From Thelocarpon superellum (taxonomy: Eukaryota): 38,264 bases of DNA. Under the pieces are notes generated by a model that saw nothing but the letters and a program-made list of their open reading frames with translations, had not been told where the DNA came from and ran no database searches. The stretch lies in the NCBI GenBank assembly GCA_026025795.1, contig JAPEUG010000138.1, positions 1 through 38,264 on the forward strand. Direction: 5' to 3'. Below are positions 11,437 through 24,100 of this stretch, piece by piece (the stretch's first letter is position 1; every line of letters starts with the position of its first letter). A program made the translations under genes and the position numbers.

Positions 11437-13048
11437 ATGATCCGGCAAGATGCCGCCCGGATCGATCCGAAGCGACGAGCGACGCTCGATCATAAGAAGA
11501 AGCAATTCGCGACGCCGTCGTACAAACAGCTGGAATACCCCCACCGCATGAACTTCTACGATACCCCGCCCACGGCCGAGATCACGTTGGAGCAGTTTGA
11601 GCAATGGGCCATTGACCGTCTCCGAAGTAGGTGGATGAGAATTCCAGTAGTATCCGTCGTTCTGACAAGTCGCGACAGTCCTAGCCGAGCTCGAAGCCTG
11701 CTCACACCGAAACAAGTCGCCGGCTGAGACGGCGGCACAGATCAAACCGCTGTTGGACAAATATCTACCGCTCTCATCCAACTCCTCGGCATCGTCGGCC
11801 TTGCACGCCGAACGCCAGAAAGACCATTACTCCCACTTCATCCTGCGGCTGGCCTTCGCCAGCACCAAAGACCTGCGTGATCGATTTTCCCGCGTCGAGA
11901 CGGCCCTCTTCAAGCTTCGCTTTCAAAGCGATGATGGGCGGGAGCGGCAGGGGTTTGTAGACAGTTTGCACTTTGCCTGGGACATGGTCACGGAGGAAGA
12001 GAAGCGAGCGCTGGGGCCGGAATTGGTCGCCAGCACACCAGGGGTCAGGCGGGTTGAGGACGAGGGGTGGTTCAAGCTGGACTGGGAGCGAGTGCCTGAG
12101 CTGGTGGAGAGTCGGAGGGTGTTACTCAAACGCGGTAAAGCCTATGTGCCGGTGCGCGAACAGATGAGCATGGTGGTGGCCGAGTACACGGCGGGTCTCG
12201 AGCGCGGCCTGGAGGTCTGTGTGCCCCATGGGACAAGATGCCCACGCATCCGCTAATCCTGACGGCAGCTCACTTCGCGCGCGCTCCCCCGACTCGATGA
12301 AGACGATCGGCTGACGCCGATTCTGGCGCACCTGTCCAAGAACTTTGTCCGGCCGGACGACTTTGCCGAGACCAACGCCGACCTCGGCGGCGCCACCATC
12401 AACGCCGGGTCGATCGACGCGATGTCCGCCCACTTTCCGCTCTGCATGCGGCATCTCCACCGCGAGCTGCGGCGGAACAGCCACCTGCGGCACTTTGGGC
12501 GATTGCAATACACGCTGTTCCTCAAGGGCATCGGGCTCAGCCTGGAAGAATGCCTGGCGTTCTGGCGCGCGGGCTTCAAGAACATGACGGACGACCAATT
12601 CAACAAAGAGTACCGCTACAACGTGCGGCACGCGTACGGCGACGTGGGCGGCGACGCCAACCGGCGCGGACGGGGCTACAGTCCGTACTCATGCCAAAAG
12701 ATCCTGACGGAGCACGGGCCCGGCAGCGGCGAAGCGCACGGGTGTCCGTACCGGCATTTCAGCGTGGACAACCTGACCTCCCTGCTGCAAGCGACGGGCG
12801 TGTCGGACCGCGAGGTGCTGCGCGGCGTCAAGGACGACGTGGGCGCCAAACGCTACCATATTGCGTGCAACCGCGTCTTCGACCACGTGCACAAGGCGGA
12901 GATCAAAAAGGCCAAGGACGATGGCGCCTGGGGCAACGCTGAGGTCTTGGATGACGGCACCACCATCGTCCATCCCAACACCTACTTCAAGCGCAGTTTG
13001 CTCTTGAAGAATTTGGCGAGGGGTCAGGAGGGTAGCCGGGACGATTGA
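11437..13048 (+). CDS. PRI2: DNA primase large subunit (p58), 501 aa
   Basis: Exons 11437-11626, 11679-12214 and 12269-13048, total 1506 nt. Motifs EITLEQFEQWAIDRL, KDHYSHFILRLAF and HLRHFGRLQYTLFLKGIG. The four 4Fe-4S cysteines are in FPLCM, YSCQKI, HGCPY and IACN, followed by HPNTYF. Confidence 0.97.
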
Positions 13049-13201
13049 TGAGAGGTGCATTTGCTGATGTGGCGCTGGAGCTTGGAGGAGATGCACGCGG
13101 GGAGATGGCAGGTGCATGGTGTTCTCGTACAGCGACGTCCGTTGTCACATCGCATTAGATGAATGTTTGTGAGGATGGATATGCATTTTTCTATGTGCGG
13201 C

Positions 13202-13780
13202 TCATTTGTCGTCGCCGCCGCCGCCACCACCACCACCACTACTCGAGTCCGCCGAACTCGACGACCCATTATCGGGAAAGAAATACGGCCCAAACTGCAC
13301 GGCATGATCGACGTCCTGGTACGGAAAGACTCGAATCTCAAGGGCGCCATCGTGAATATCGTTCCTCTTTGGATCAAACGGCGCGTAGGCGCAATTCTTA
13401 CACCCCTTCTGCACGATGCGCTGCATGGCCTCCTTGACCTGCGCGCCCGTCGCGCCGGACGCATACAGCGTGATGCACATCCCGGGACTATCGGACGGGT
13501 TGAGACCGATGTAGCAACCCACCTGGCTGTTGACCGGGTAGTATGTGGCGTTGGTGACGTTCTGGTGCACGAAGTCGGCGAGGATCGTGGTGGTGGTGTT
13601 GGGCCCCGGCGAGTATGCGAAGCTCACGCAGTCCACCAGGTCGCCGCCGTCGCAGCCTAGGCCCATGTGTTTTCGGTATGGAGAGGTGATTCCGACGGAT
13701 CGACAGGGTGTGAGCAGCGCGAGGGTGACGAGGAGGAGCGTCGTCCAGAGGGTGGGAGGTGAGAGCGAGGCGGGCTTCAT
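13202..13780 (-). CDS. Secreted KP4 killer-toxin-like protein (divergent), 192 aa, intronless
   Basis: Hydrophobic signal peptide and six Cys in the predicted mature region. MGLGCDG aligns with KP4 LGINCRG, and GATGAQVKEAMQRIVQKGCKNCAYAP...NDIHDGALEIRV aligns with the KP4 HGCxxCGSxP...NDVxxGxLTxNYV C-terminal signature. Ser/Gly tail. Confidence 0.78.
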   Translation of the reverse strand: MKPASLSPPTLWTTLLLVTLALLTPCRSVGITSPYRKHMGLGCDGGDLVDCVSFAYSPGPNTTTTILADFVHQNVTNATYYPVNSQVGCYIGLNPSDSPGMCITLYASGATGAQVKEAMQRIVQKGCKNCAYAPFDPKRNDIHDGALEIRVFPYQDVDHAVQFGPYFFPDNGSSSSADSSSGGGGGGGGDDK

Positions 13781-16186
13781 GATGGAGAGACGGATCCTCG
13801 TTCAAGGGACCGGGGGACGGAAGGACTAGCTCCAGAGTGGAGTGGAGGATATGTGAACGGTGGAGCGCCTGGAAAAGTGGAGGTGGAGATGGAGATGACA
13901 GTGGATATGGATGGGAAGAAGGAATGAGACGACGCAAGATACCCAGGGGGAGGAGAAGGGTCGGAGTCCTTTGAGGAATCCAGCTTCTCCATACCATACC
14001 CCATACTTTCCACATGCCATGACGCTACTCTCTGTGAGGAGGCATTCGCAGGGACCGCAGTCTGTCAGTTGAGCGTTGCATAGACCACCGCCTGCCACTT
14101 CGGTGTCAGGCTTCGACCACATGCGGAGAAACGGTGTATGCCGCCTGATTTTCTTCCCCGTCAGTCCGTCGCAAACATGGAAAACGTTGGATGCTTGGCA
14201 CAGGGGACCAAAAAGCCCTGTGAATCGGGTTGTTTTGCATGGGAGGTGCGCAGCCGATATATGATCTGATGTTGTCGTTGTAGGGTTAGTAGTAGCAGTC
14301 GTACTGGCTGGAGCACCGCCTGCTGTGCATTTGTATGGAAAATTCGTGAAGCTGGCCGTGTGCTTCCTTGCCTGCTCGTTTCCTTCCACGTGCGCGGGGA
14401 TTGCACGCGCACATGTGAGTGGGGAGAAGCGAGCGAGGGGCACGAGGATGAAGAGGAGGATTCGTCACGGAGCTGGAAGGACTCCAGACAGGCCAAGAGG
14501 CTCGCCCGCAGATCTCGCAAGCGGGGTGCGTCATCGCTTTCGGTTGGAGTCGGTGGTCCAGGATTGCGTATTGTTCTGATCGAGGCACAGCTTCCTGCCG
14601 CTGATGCGTCACGGCGTTCAATACCCTGGGTAGCGTGTTTGGCGGCACAGGTCATTTGGCGTGCTTAGGTAAGGCAATGAGAGCTCGAGTCCCGAGTTTG
14701 CACTGCGATCCAAGGCGCTCCCGTCGTTACACCGTAACATTAACTACTTGCGTCATTCGTGCCAGTAGGATGGCAGTCAGCCGAATCCCGCGCCCCCCCG
14801 TCCATCACGATCCTGGTTAGCAGTGCTTGCTAGCAACAATCGTTGTACTAGGAGTCAGAGGTCTCATCTGCTAGATCTGACAAACATGTTAGCACCGGCA
14901 ACTACCCACTATGTGACTCCTAGCGTAGCCCTACAGTGACTACCAGTCGTCCTGGCCAAGTGGGCGAGGCCCTCGTACTCGCACGTTAACATAGTGGAGT
15001 GTGAGCGGATAGATCGACACGCTAGACCTGACGTCCTCTCATCTCGCTCATCTCCCGCCCGCGTGTCGTCAACAACAACAAGCGGGAAGATCGACAGCAT
15101 CAAATTATAACGAGATGCACGCACCGTGCACCCATAGTGTTTGCTGTATCCGACAACAATCTTAGCCTCCTCTCCTCGCCTTCTTCCATCGGCCATTTCG
15201 TGGTCTCGGCCGAGAAGCGCGTCACGGGCCGCAGGTGGGCGCAGATCTGCGCATGAGGAAGATGGAGAAGAATGGAGGAATAATGCAGAACTCTCCCGCT
15301 TTTGCGTGCGTTTTGCCCATGACAGGCCACTTTGAGACGTCCGACGATGATATTAGCCTGAGCTATTGCATGGATCGTCGCAGGACTCCCTGCAAGAAGA
15401 CTCCTGCACCAGAATCCAAGCCCTCTTCCCACAGATAATGATTCAAACGCCATTGGCTCTGTCGCATAGCCATACACCGTGGCGCGACATACCGTGCTTT
15501 CAATGAACCCCATAGTGGTCGTGTGATGTCAACCTTCTCTGCAGGGGCGCCCCCACTTTCGATGGGAAGTCAAGACTCAAAGAGCTAGGCACCTGCCAAG
15601 TAGCCAGTAGCCAGTAGCCAGCACAGCCATCGCAACCAACGCAACCAACGCAAACAGGACGAGACTCTGGATAGTTGCCAACACAGCACATGGTACAGAG
15701 TGCTCGTCCTATACGGCGCATGTTATACATCAGATTGACTGTACGGTAGGTATGGATACCCCAGGCGGAGGCCGACGCGACGTTAGACGTTTATCTTAGC
15801 GTCTCCTGCTCTCCTCTCCTGCTCTCCAGACCATACCGGATCGTATCATCGGGGCATGATACTATGTTATGCCCTCGGGGCCATATCGATATCCAACGAT
15901 AATCTTAGCTCCCGTTTGTGCACGTGACTGATCCGATCTGATCGATCTTCCTGGCGCCATGACACTCTTGATGGACCCATTGGTGCTGGGTACTACGACC
16001 GTCATGTCCACGACCCGGGTTATGTGTGTAGGTGATGGCATTCCAGAGCATCGCTGTTATCCTGATACGTGAATCCCCCGCCATACCGATTGATGCTTCG
16101 CACCGCCATGCATGCTCTCCAACCAGACCAAACACCTCCAATGCGACCCATTGCCCACCCCAGACACCGTCGCCGTCGCCAGGATG

Positions 16187-19100
16187 TCATCCCTGGGTGA
16201 GGTACACGGGAATGCCATAAACCACCGGCGCCGCGCCATTCAAATATCGTAGTATGCAAGCCTTTCGTCCCTCGGCCACAGCCTCGACCAGAGAGAATGG
16301 ACCCGCAGGCTCTGGCGAGGGCGAGGTGCCGTCCTTCTTCATCGCCTGCGTGCGAGCTTTCTCCTTGCTTCGGCCCTTCGAGGTGGATGACGTGGGATAC
16401 GTCGACGAGCTGGGGATTAAGCCCCACCGCTTCAAGGCCGCGTGCGAAAATCGATCAATGTCCTTGTCCGTCACGTCCCAAAGCGTGGCCACGAGGGCGG
16501 GGCTGGCGGGGGTATGTCAGCGGGGTACGTCTTCAGGGCCGACGCGGGCTCATCTCGTACCATCTGGCGTGCGTGTAGTTGATCGGCGTGCCGTACGGCT
16601 CAAACTCGCCCGTGTCGGTGAGGGTGCCGCTGCTGCAGCCCATCAGGAGCGCGACGGCGCATCGATCCAGCTTCTTGATCGTTCGCGCGCGGATGTACTG
16701 TGCACCACTCCCATGCCCAAAGTACAGGAAGAGATCGCGAGACTCCAAGGACGTGCGCATCTCCGACTCCGACGGTTCGCGTTGCACGATCCCACTCCAT
16801 CCGCGAAGTCTGTGCGGTCAGCTCGCGACCCTGTGGCGACATCGAGACCGGCTTACCGTCGCAAGTCACCCTCGAACACGCCTTGCGTGGCCGTCAGGTC
16901 TCCTCCCGGATTCAGCACGTACGCGCCATTGGCCGCGTCAACATGCACTCCATCGCTCGCGTCCGCGTGCGGCTTCGATCCTTGGGCCAAGATGCGCTCG
17001 CGCAGACATCCAAGCGAGGGCATCCGCGAGACCGAGAGCCCATTCATGCAGGGCAGGGACTCCCAAGGGATCGAATGCAAGGCCTTGTCCAGGATCAAGA
17101 TGGTATGCGGTCGGTCGTGGAGAGCGGGCTCGGACCGAGCCGCGTCGTGATACCGCTCGAGGGCGTCTTGCGTCTCGACGACGAGCTAGCTCGCATTAGC
17201 CAGGCACGGATGTGAGCGAGACGACTCGACCACGTACCGAGTCAAAGTCGATCTCGTCGTACGCGTTGCGCTCCCCGTGGAACTGCAGCACGTCGACCAC
17301 GAAATACAGCAGATCGGTCAACGTCTCCTCGAGATCGCATTCCTCCGACGAGAGGCCCAGCCCCACGAAGAGCTCCAAGATGCGTGGATCCAACGTCACC
17401 CGACTCGCCCTGTTCCGCCGATCCGCCTTCTGCCGCGAGGGCAGGTACTTGTCCAAGATGGCCTGAAAGGCACGCTGGAAGCGCGCGAGCAGGTCAGGGT
17501 GCAGGCTGGCTTGCGAGAAGATGCCGCGGAAGCCGCCCAGCCAGATGTTCTCCATGTTGACGAGGAGATGCCGCAGACGTGCGTCCAACGCCTCTCGTTC
17601 CGCCCACCACTGCGACTTGGCCCCGCTGCGGGACATGTCACGCGCGTCATGTGCACTGAAGTTGGCCAGGTCGATGATCTCGCCGAGCTCGCTGCGGCCT
17701 TGGTCGAAGTTGAAGACCTCCTCGTCTGCGTCCCGGCAATGATGTCGATCCAGCGGCAGGCGGAGCACAAAGGGCGTGTGGCCGGCCCGTACCTTTGAGA
17801 TGTACAGTTCATCCCGTGCCTCGCTCAGGGAGATGGAGACGGCCGTCCAGGAGGGCGGGATGATGTCAATGAACTTCTTCTGGAAGCGACTAGCATCCAA
17901 CTGGAGCCAGTCGTCCATCGGCACCTCGACGCTCGCGTCTTCCGGCCCGGGCCACGAGATGCCGCTTGTCCGGTCACGCGCTTGCTTCTCGAGCTGAATC
18001 GCCCGCTCCTCACGACGCAGGGAGAGGGTGCGGGCAATCTCCATGGCATAGACGGCCATGGCCGGATGCACCACCTTGTGTGTTTTTCCAGGACTGGCCG
18101 CCGCGAGCAACATGATGACTCCGCTCAAGGCCGAGGAGATCTGGTGAATGGCCGAGGTGGAGCCTGACCGCAGCGCCAGGGCCAACACGTCCGTGACGTG
18201 GTCGCGTCCTTGCCGAAGTAGGTCGATAAAGTCCTCCGCCGGGATGGCGGCCTGCGCCGTCCGACGCGACCCCGTCTTGACCGGGGATGGGCGAGGCGGC
18301 GAGTGACGCGTGACAGATCCGGGGCTCTTCTCCGCTCTGAGCGCCATGGCAGCGGAGGGGAAAGAGATGGTAGATTCCCGCAAGACACAAAAAACGGCGT
18401 TAGCGGACATCTGATCCAGGCTCTGTTGTAGCAGATGCTTGGTCGTGACGATGTGCTGATCGATCAGGCCCTGCTGATCATGAGCACGGCACGCCGCGTC
18501 GGCGAGTAGCCCTCGCGCCGACTCGCAATTTCGCCGCGTCGTCATCGCGAGCGCCTTGAGGCGCAATAGCATCCCACGAAGCCGTGCTAAGCCTGCCGGC
18601 TCGATGGATGACCTCGTCGCTTCCGGAACGGGACGGGATGAGACGTTTTTGCCCGTTCGTGACACTTGGGCTTTGCGACCCCGAGCGCTGGCTCCCGGCC
18701 GGGCCCTTCGAGGCGGCGGAAGCGCGTCGATGGCAAGTGTAGCCATCTGCTGGCGCAGCTCGTCCGCAGGGGTGGAAAAGCGTTCGAGACCCTCGATGAA
18801 GCGATGCGTCGAGATCTCGTCGAGAGCCTTCTCGGCTTCGAGGTACGCTGCGAGTTCGAGTTGTTCGCTCCCCTGTTGCCGATGGAGATTTCCGATCCAG
18901 CAGTGCAGCAAGACACTTGCCTGGCTCAGCGCGCACTCACGCACCAGCCCTTGTGCCTGGTCGAGCGTCTCCGTTCCAGACGCCATCTGGCCACCACGGG
19001 TCCAGAGATGCCCCGCCACCGCTAAGCTGTGGACGATGCGGCTTGTCGCATCGACGGCTTCAACCACCTTCTGGGCCTGCTGGGTGTAATAGATGGCCTC

Positions 19101-22100
19101 TTGGAACATGCCGTGGTGGGCGAATAGTTCCGACAAGTTTCCCAGTCCACGATGCAAGGGCGACACGAGAGTCCAAAATGCGGCCCCGTTGAGCGCATCG
19201 TGAGTCGTCGATTTGATGTGCGGGATGGCGCCAGAGAGAGCCATGCTAGCCATCCCGCTCGTTGTCGCGTCCAGCTCCGGGTCCGCGACAGCGAGGGGCG
19301 CTGAGGCCGCCTTGACTCCAGCCTGGCTTTCCAGCCCGGCCCAGGCGCGATAGTTCAGGCGGACGCAGGTCTTGGCGTGCGCCAATGCCCGACTCGCCGA
19401 ACCCTTCTCCAGCGCAGCTCTCGAGGCGATGAGATGGGCCTCTGCCGCAAGGCGGGTGGCAGAGACGCGGCTCGTGGTTGATACCGACGAAGAGTTGTCG
19501 GCCACCCCAAGCTCCTCGGCGAGCGCCTTTGCGCGGTTGAGTGTGTCGATGCTGGAGTCGATTAGCCCTATGCCTCATTACTGCAACGTGGCATGGAGCG
19601 ATTACCATCGATCGACTTCACCTATCGCCACCAGATACTCGGCGTTGGCAAGGTGCCAACGTACGAGAGTTGTCGTCGAAATACTCTCCAGCTGCGCGTT
19701 GCTTGGCGTATGAGAGAGGAGGGTGCCTGCCTTGTCCGAGTAGCCCAGTCGAAGATATTCAAGACCAAGGGCGGAGCGGTCGGCAAGAAGGGGTCCTTGG
19801 TCCATTGGCACCTGCAGCTCTCGGATGCGCGTGCTCAGCTGCAGTACGGGGATGCGCAGGTGAGGCAGGCCTTTGAGATCGTAGAAACCGGCTATCGACG
19901 AGAGCAGTGAGAGGCAGAGCGGAATATCGTCGATGACGTCCCCCAGGAGGTCCCATGACGGGGCGGCATCGACGAGGCGGAGCCAGATGGCGACGGGCTC
20001 TTGCAGCGTCTCGACATCCAACCGGTTGTGGGTCAACGCCACGGACACGGACAAGGACGCACGGAGATGGTCCTGGTACCGAGCATGCGCCGTATCGCGA
20101 CCCAAGCACGCGATCCGGAGCAAGGATGTCGCCTCGCCTTGGTGCAGTGCCATCACCTCGCTTGGAACGATGACGGCGTGGTCGACGAAGAGACGGAGCA
20201 ACCTCGCGAGGACGCGCGACCGTCGGAGGGGGTACTCGTGCGCGCTGTGGAGCTGCAGAAGCCGGTCGGACAGGGCGAGCAAGGTGCTTTGGTACTTGCG
20301 CGGCTTGCTGGTCTTCTGGAGCATACCCGCGACCAACTCTACTTGCCACTCGAGCATGGCGCTCCGAGCAGGCCGGTCACCCGTGGGGTCGTCGAAGAAA
20401 CATGGCGTGTCATCCTCGGCCTGTCGGCCTTTGAACGACGCCCTCATCCAGGCAGCGAGCGTCCGTCCTAGGACGACCGAGTTTCCGGGCGCCTCCCACC
20501 GGGTCCTGGGCGGGGCCCAGGTCTGATCTTCAACCAAGTCACGCGCGACGCCGCTCTGTAGCTGTGACTGGATGGATCCGAGGAAGGCTTCGGCGGCATC
20601 ATCGTAACGACCGCGAGCCTCATAGGCACAGCCTAACCGGTCTAGTTTGACAGCCGATAGCGCCGCGCGGCTGTACACAGGGGAGAGGGTCCGGGTGAGG
20701 TCGACGGCGCGCTGCATGGCACGTAATGCATCAGACGAATCTGCGGAGCTGGCAGCCTTTTGCGAGCGGAGATAGAATAGCCAGTAGAGGTTGGAGGCTT
20801 TAACCAGACCACTCTGCACATTATCGGCCGGATCCGCGGTGGGAGCAGGGCATATCCGGGCCATCACGTCGGCGCAGTTCTGTAAGGCACCGTCGAGCTC
20901 GGTCCAGGTCATCTCCCCTTGGGCAAGGGCTATCTTGCATACGGCGCAAATGGACTCGACGGAGGCTAGGGCGGCGGGTTCGACGGTCTTCCGACGCTGC
21001 TCGTATTGAAGGATAGCCTTGGCCGGATCCTTGGCACTCGGCACGGTACCGAGATAGCGATCGAAGAAGCGCAGGCAGGACAAGATCAAGGCCGTCACGG
21101 TCCCCCGAGTCCGCGTGTTGCACTCCCTGATGGCGGTCACGTATCTGGCGGCGGCATGTCTCAGGCAGGAGACTTCGACCAAGAGCGCATCTAGCTCTGT
21201 CACTTCTCCCCGGAGATTGTCTGTGAGCGTCGCAGACATGCCCTCGAGCAAAGTGATCGCATCTTCGTCTAGGTCCGCGGGAGACCGTTGGATGACAATG
21301 CTCGCCAGCCGTGCGGCGCAGGACACTCGGCTCGCAGATGAGCGGTCCTGGCTGTCGAAGGTCTTCATTGTCTTTGCGATCCAGTCCATGGCGTCCGCAA
21401 GACATGATGCCTCTTGCGACAGCGCGGCGAGTTGGCGGAAGACGGCCCTCCACGGCGATGGACCAGCGGTGGAAGGTGGGTCAAGCACCTGGCCGTACTT
21501 GTTGCATTGATCGACCAGATCCTCGTACCTGGTCTTGACCAATTCGTACTTCTTGGAGACATCGAGGGTGGAGCGGCGTGTAAAGGCGTTCAGACAGCGA
21601 CTGAACGGTTCCAGCACGTCCTTGACGGGGTCGGCCTGATGGTGAGCCGCTTTCCACCACAGCAGACGATGATGTAAGGCCAAGCAGTGTAGGTGGAGCG
21701 ACACCTCGGGCGACGAGCTCATCTTTGGGTTTGATGCGACTTCATCCTCGGCGCTGGCGATGCTCGGTGCAAGCGAAAAGAGGATGTGCGATAGGCTCGC
21801 GAGGCGTTGGGCTGCCTTGGCCGCGGTCGATGGTTCCAGCGAGGCCAAGATCAAATGAGCGGGCGAGCCGGGCGAAGAGGGCGCAAGATGATCGAGGATG
21901 GCATGAATGGTAGCAGGCTTCTTGGTGGAGGCAATAAGCTTGAGCACCTGCATCTGAGTCGCGACAACCAATGACACGGCCGGGGCTGTGTCTTGGCTGG
22001 GCTTCCATCGGAGCAACGTGGCCAGCGTGTCTTTGGTGGCGCTGGTCTGGTCCTTTGAGAGGTGGCCGGGCGGAGCCTGATGCTCGCCCTCTAATCTCCG

Positions 22101-22874
22101 TTTGAGAATGCGAATCTCCTTGACGGCTAGATCATCGAAGCCTAGGGCCACCAGTTTGCCAATCAAGGCTGACATGCCATTTTCCACTTGTAGGGCGGGC
22201 AGATCGATGCCGGACAACGACTTGGCTTGCAACGCCCTTAGACAAGAGAAAGCGAGACGGGCACACGCGGCGATGGCGAGGGCGCCGAGCGACTGGGTCG
22301 ATGTCGAGGAGGCGCGGCTTGTACGAGGCGAGGACGCCGGCGAGCTCGAGACGCGATTGAGAGCGCGCGGGTGCAGGGCGAGCGTTGGGACGGATGCGGT
22401 GCGCAAGAGGCGCTTTGGGCCGGCGGCGACGCGGTCGAGGGTCGGCCCATCCTTGGCTGTAGGGGGGCGGGTGACCGCCGACGGTGACTTGACGGCATCG
22501 GTGAGCGTTTTCAGACTCGCATTGACGACCTCGGTGGCCAGGACGAAACGCTCTCGTGGGGCCAAGACAGCAGGCACGTCACTGGGCACCTCGAGCACGA
22601 TAATTTGTGGCGCGATCTTGGAGGATTTGGCTGTCTTGGGCGGCGGGCCGGCTCTCGCACGCTTGGAGCCCGAGAGGGCTTTGGTGGAAGGAGGATGATT
22701 TCGGGTCGACTTGGCCTTGGCCGGAGGCGTCGGGATCGGGTCGGCAGGAAAGAGAAGGTCATTGAGTGTGCTGACGGTCGACTGGGAACATCGCGCGATG
22801 GACGAGACGGCATCCTTGATCCCGACTGCCTGCGCGTGGAGCGAGGGAGAGGGCGAGGATGACGCGGTCGTCAT
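16187..22874 (-). CDS. ESP1: Separase (Esp1/Cut1/BimB; peptidase C50), about 2158 aa
   Basis: Exons 22874-19606, 19551-17238, 17185-16857, 16809-16561 and 16502-16187, total 6477 nt. Motifs WWAEREALD, LILDKALHSIPWESLP, SRMPS, YVLNPGGDL, catalytic His in LYFGHGSG and Cys in LMGCSSG, LWDVTDKDID and GAAPVVYGIP. Confidence 0.96.
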
Positions 22875-23320
22875 AACGAGGCACAAGGACGGTGGGCCGC
22901 CACGACCTCTAGGACGTGGGCGTCGTGGTCTGGAGCAATCTCATCAAGCCCATGTCCAAGAGCTCACCAAGAAGTACCAAGCACTCGAGCGAATATCTGT
23001 TCTCTGGTTTCAAGGTCGAGTAGGGTGAGATTGAGAAGCATACATTATAATTGGCAGTTCACGATTGATCTGCTGCTACTACTGGTGGTGGCAGCAAAAG
23101 CAGTCCTCCGTACCCCGTTTGGTGCCCCGGCTAGCAAATGTCAATACTCGTGGTTCGGGGGATCATCGTCTCGGCTAAACTTGATCGCTGGACGGCCGCA
23201 CCTCGTCACTACAGCAACCGGCATCTTCCGCTTGTCGTCCTGGTGTTCCGAACCGTTGAATCTGTTCGAGCTTGAAGTCGTCGTGCATGACTGTTCGTGA
23301 TCGGAGTCCCCCAATACATC

Positions 23321-23956
23321 ATGGCTGTGAGAGTCTGTTGGTCCGGGCTGCGGGCGACCGGGAGCTTACGTGCTGCACCGCTTCAACTTCGATTATGGTG
23401 GCCGGGGAGATCCAGCTCGTCCACCGCCGTGCCCCGGGTCGCCCAATCGTCGGTATGGAAGTCCATCGTGCCCGTCTTCTTGCGTCGAAGCGCATCGCCC
23501 GGCAAGGCAGTGTCCAGTACGACGCCTAAGGCCACGGGATGGAATCCGGCGACCTTCTTCATTGTCATGTTCATGCTCATCGGGTCGCAAGCCATCCAGA
23601 TGATTGCCCTACGATCGGACTTTGCGACTTTTAGTCGGCGCACCGACGTCAAGATCGCCTTGCTCAAGGAGGTCATCGAACGCATCCAAGCGGGCGAGGA
23701 GGTCGACGTGGAGGGGCTCTTGGGGACGGGCGATGCGGCGCAGGAGAGGGAATGGGAGGCTGTCATCCAGGACATCATCGACGAAGATACGGCGTGGCAA
23801 TCCAAGGTGGAGGAGCGTCGAGCGGGTCTTCCCGCCGCTGAGGCGCCTCCCAACACGTCAGATGACATATCATCGGCCAGCGATGCTTCGGTGCAAGGAC
23901 CAGAGGTACCGCGGGACAAGGACCAGGCCCCGCCCTCACGCGGTGTCTTCTACTGA
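23321..23956 (+). CDS. Conserved fungal single-pass membrane protein, DUF5321-like, probably mitochondrial, 211 aa
   Basis: First ATG at 23321. Arg/Ser-rich presequence-like N-terminus, WNPATFFIVMFMLIGSQAIQMI hydrophobic segment, then LLKEVIERIQAGEEVDVEGLLGTGD...EREWEAVI. Confidence 0.85.
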   Translation: MAVRVCWSGLRATGSLRAAPLQLRLWWPGRSSSSTAVPRVAQSSVWKSIVPVFLRRSASPGKAVSSTTPKATGWNPATFFIVMFMLIGSQAIQMIALRSDFATFSRRTDVKIALLKEVIERIQAGEEVDVEGLLGTGDAAQEREWEAVIQDIIDEDTAWQSKVEERRAGLPAAEAPPNTSDDISSASDASVQGPEVPRDKDQAPPSRGVFY

Positions 23957-24100
23957 CCCTTAGAGCCGTTGCGGGCCGGCGGGGTGCCCGACTACGAGAT
24001 GACGGCGATGCAATCATGACGACGAAGATGAACACGGCTTGTCATGCTCCCGCTCGTTGCTCCAAATGTACAGATGTGCTTCCCGTCATGCATGCCCGTG

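Noticed and set aside
14281..14289. TAGGGTTAG (CTAACCCTA on the minus strand) as a telomerase RNA template or telomere seed
   Set aside because: A single 9-mer. A Pezizomycotina-sized telomerase RNA in that orientation would run through the KP4-like and PRI2 coding regions, and I see no supporting structure.
13826..14443. 205-aa Cys-containing minus-strand ORF upstream of the KP4-like gene (possible partner or immunity gene)
   Set aside because: Non-ATG start, no signal peptide or motif, and random-looking composition that runs into the low-complexity leader.
16254..17150. 298-aa plus-strand ORF
   Set aside because: Antisense to the separase catalytic exons; no recognisable motifs; explained by GC-rich codon bias.
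16533..19602. Separase split over several ORFs as a pseudogene or frameshift
   Set aside because: Every break is bridged by a canonical GT-AG intron that restores the frame.
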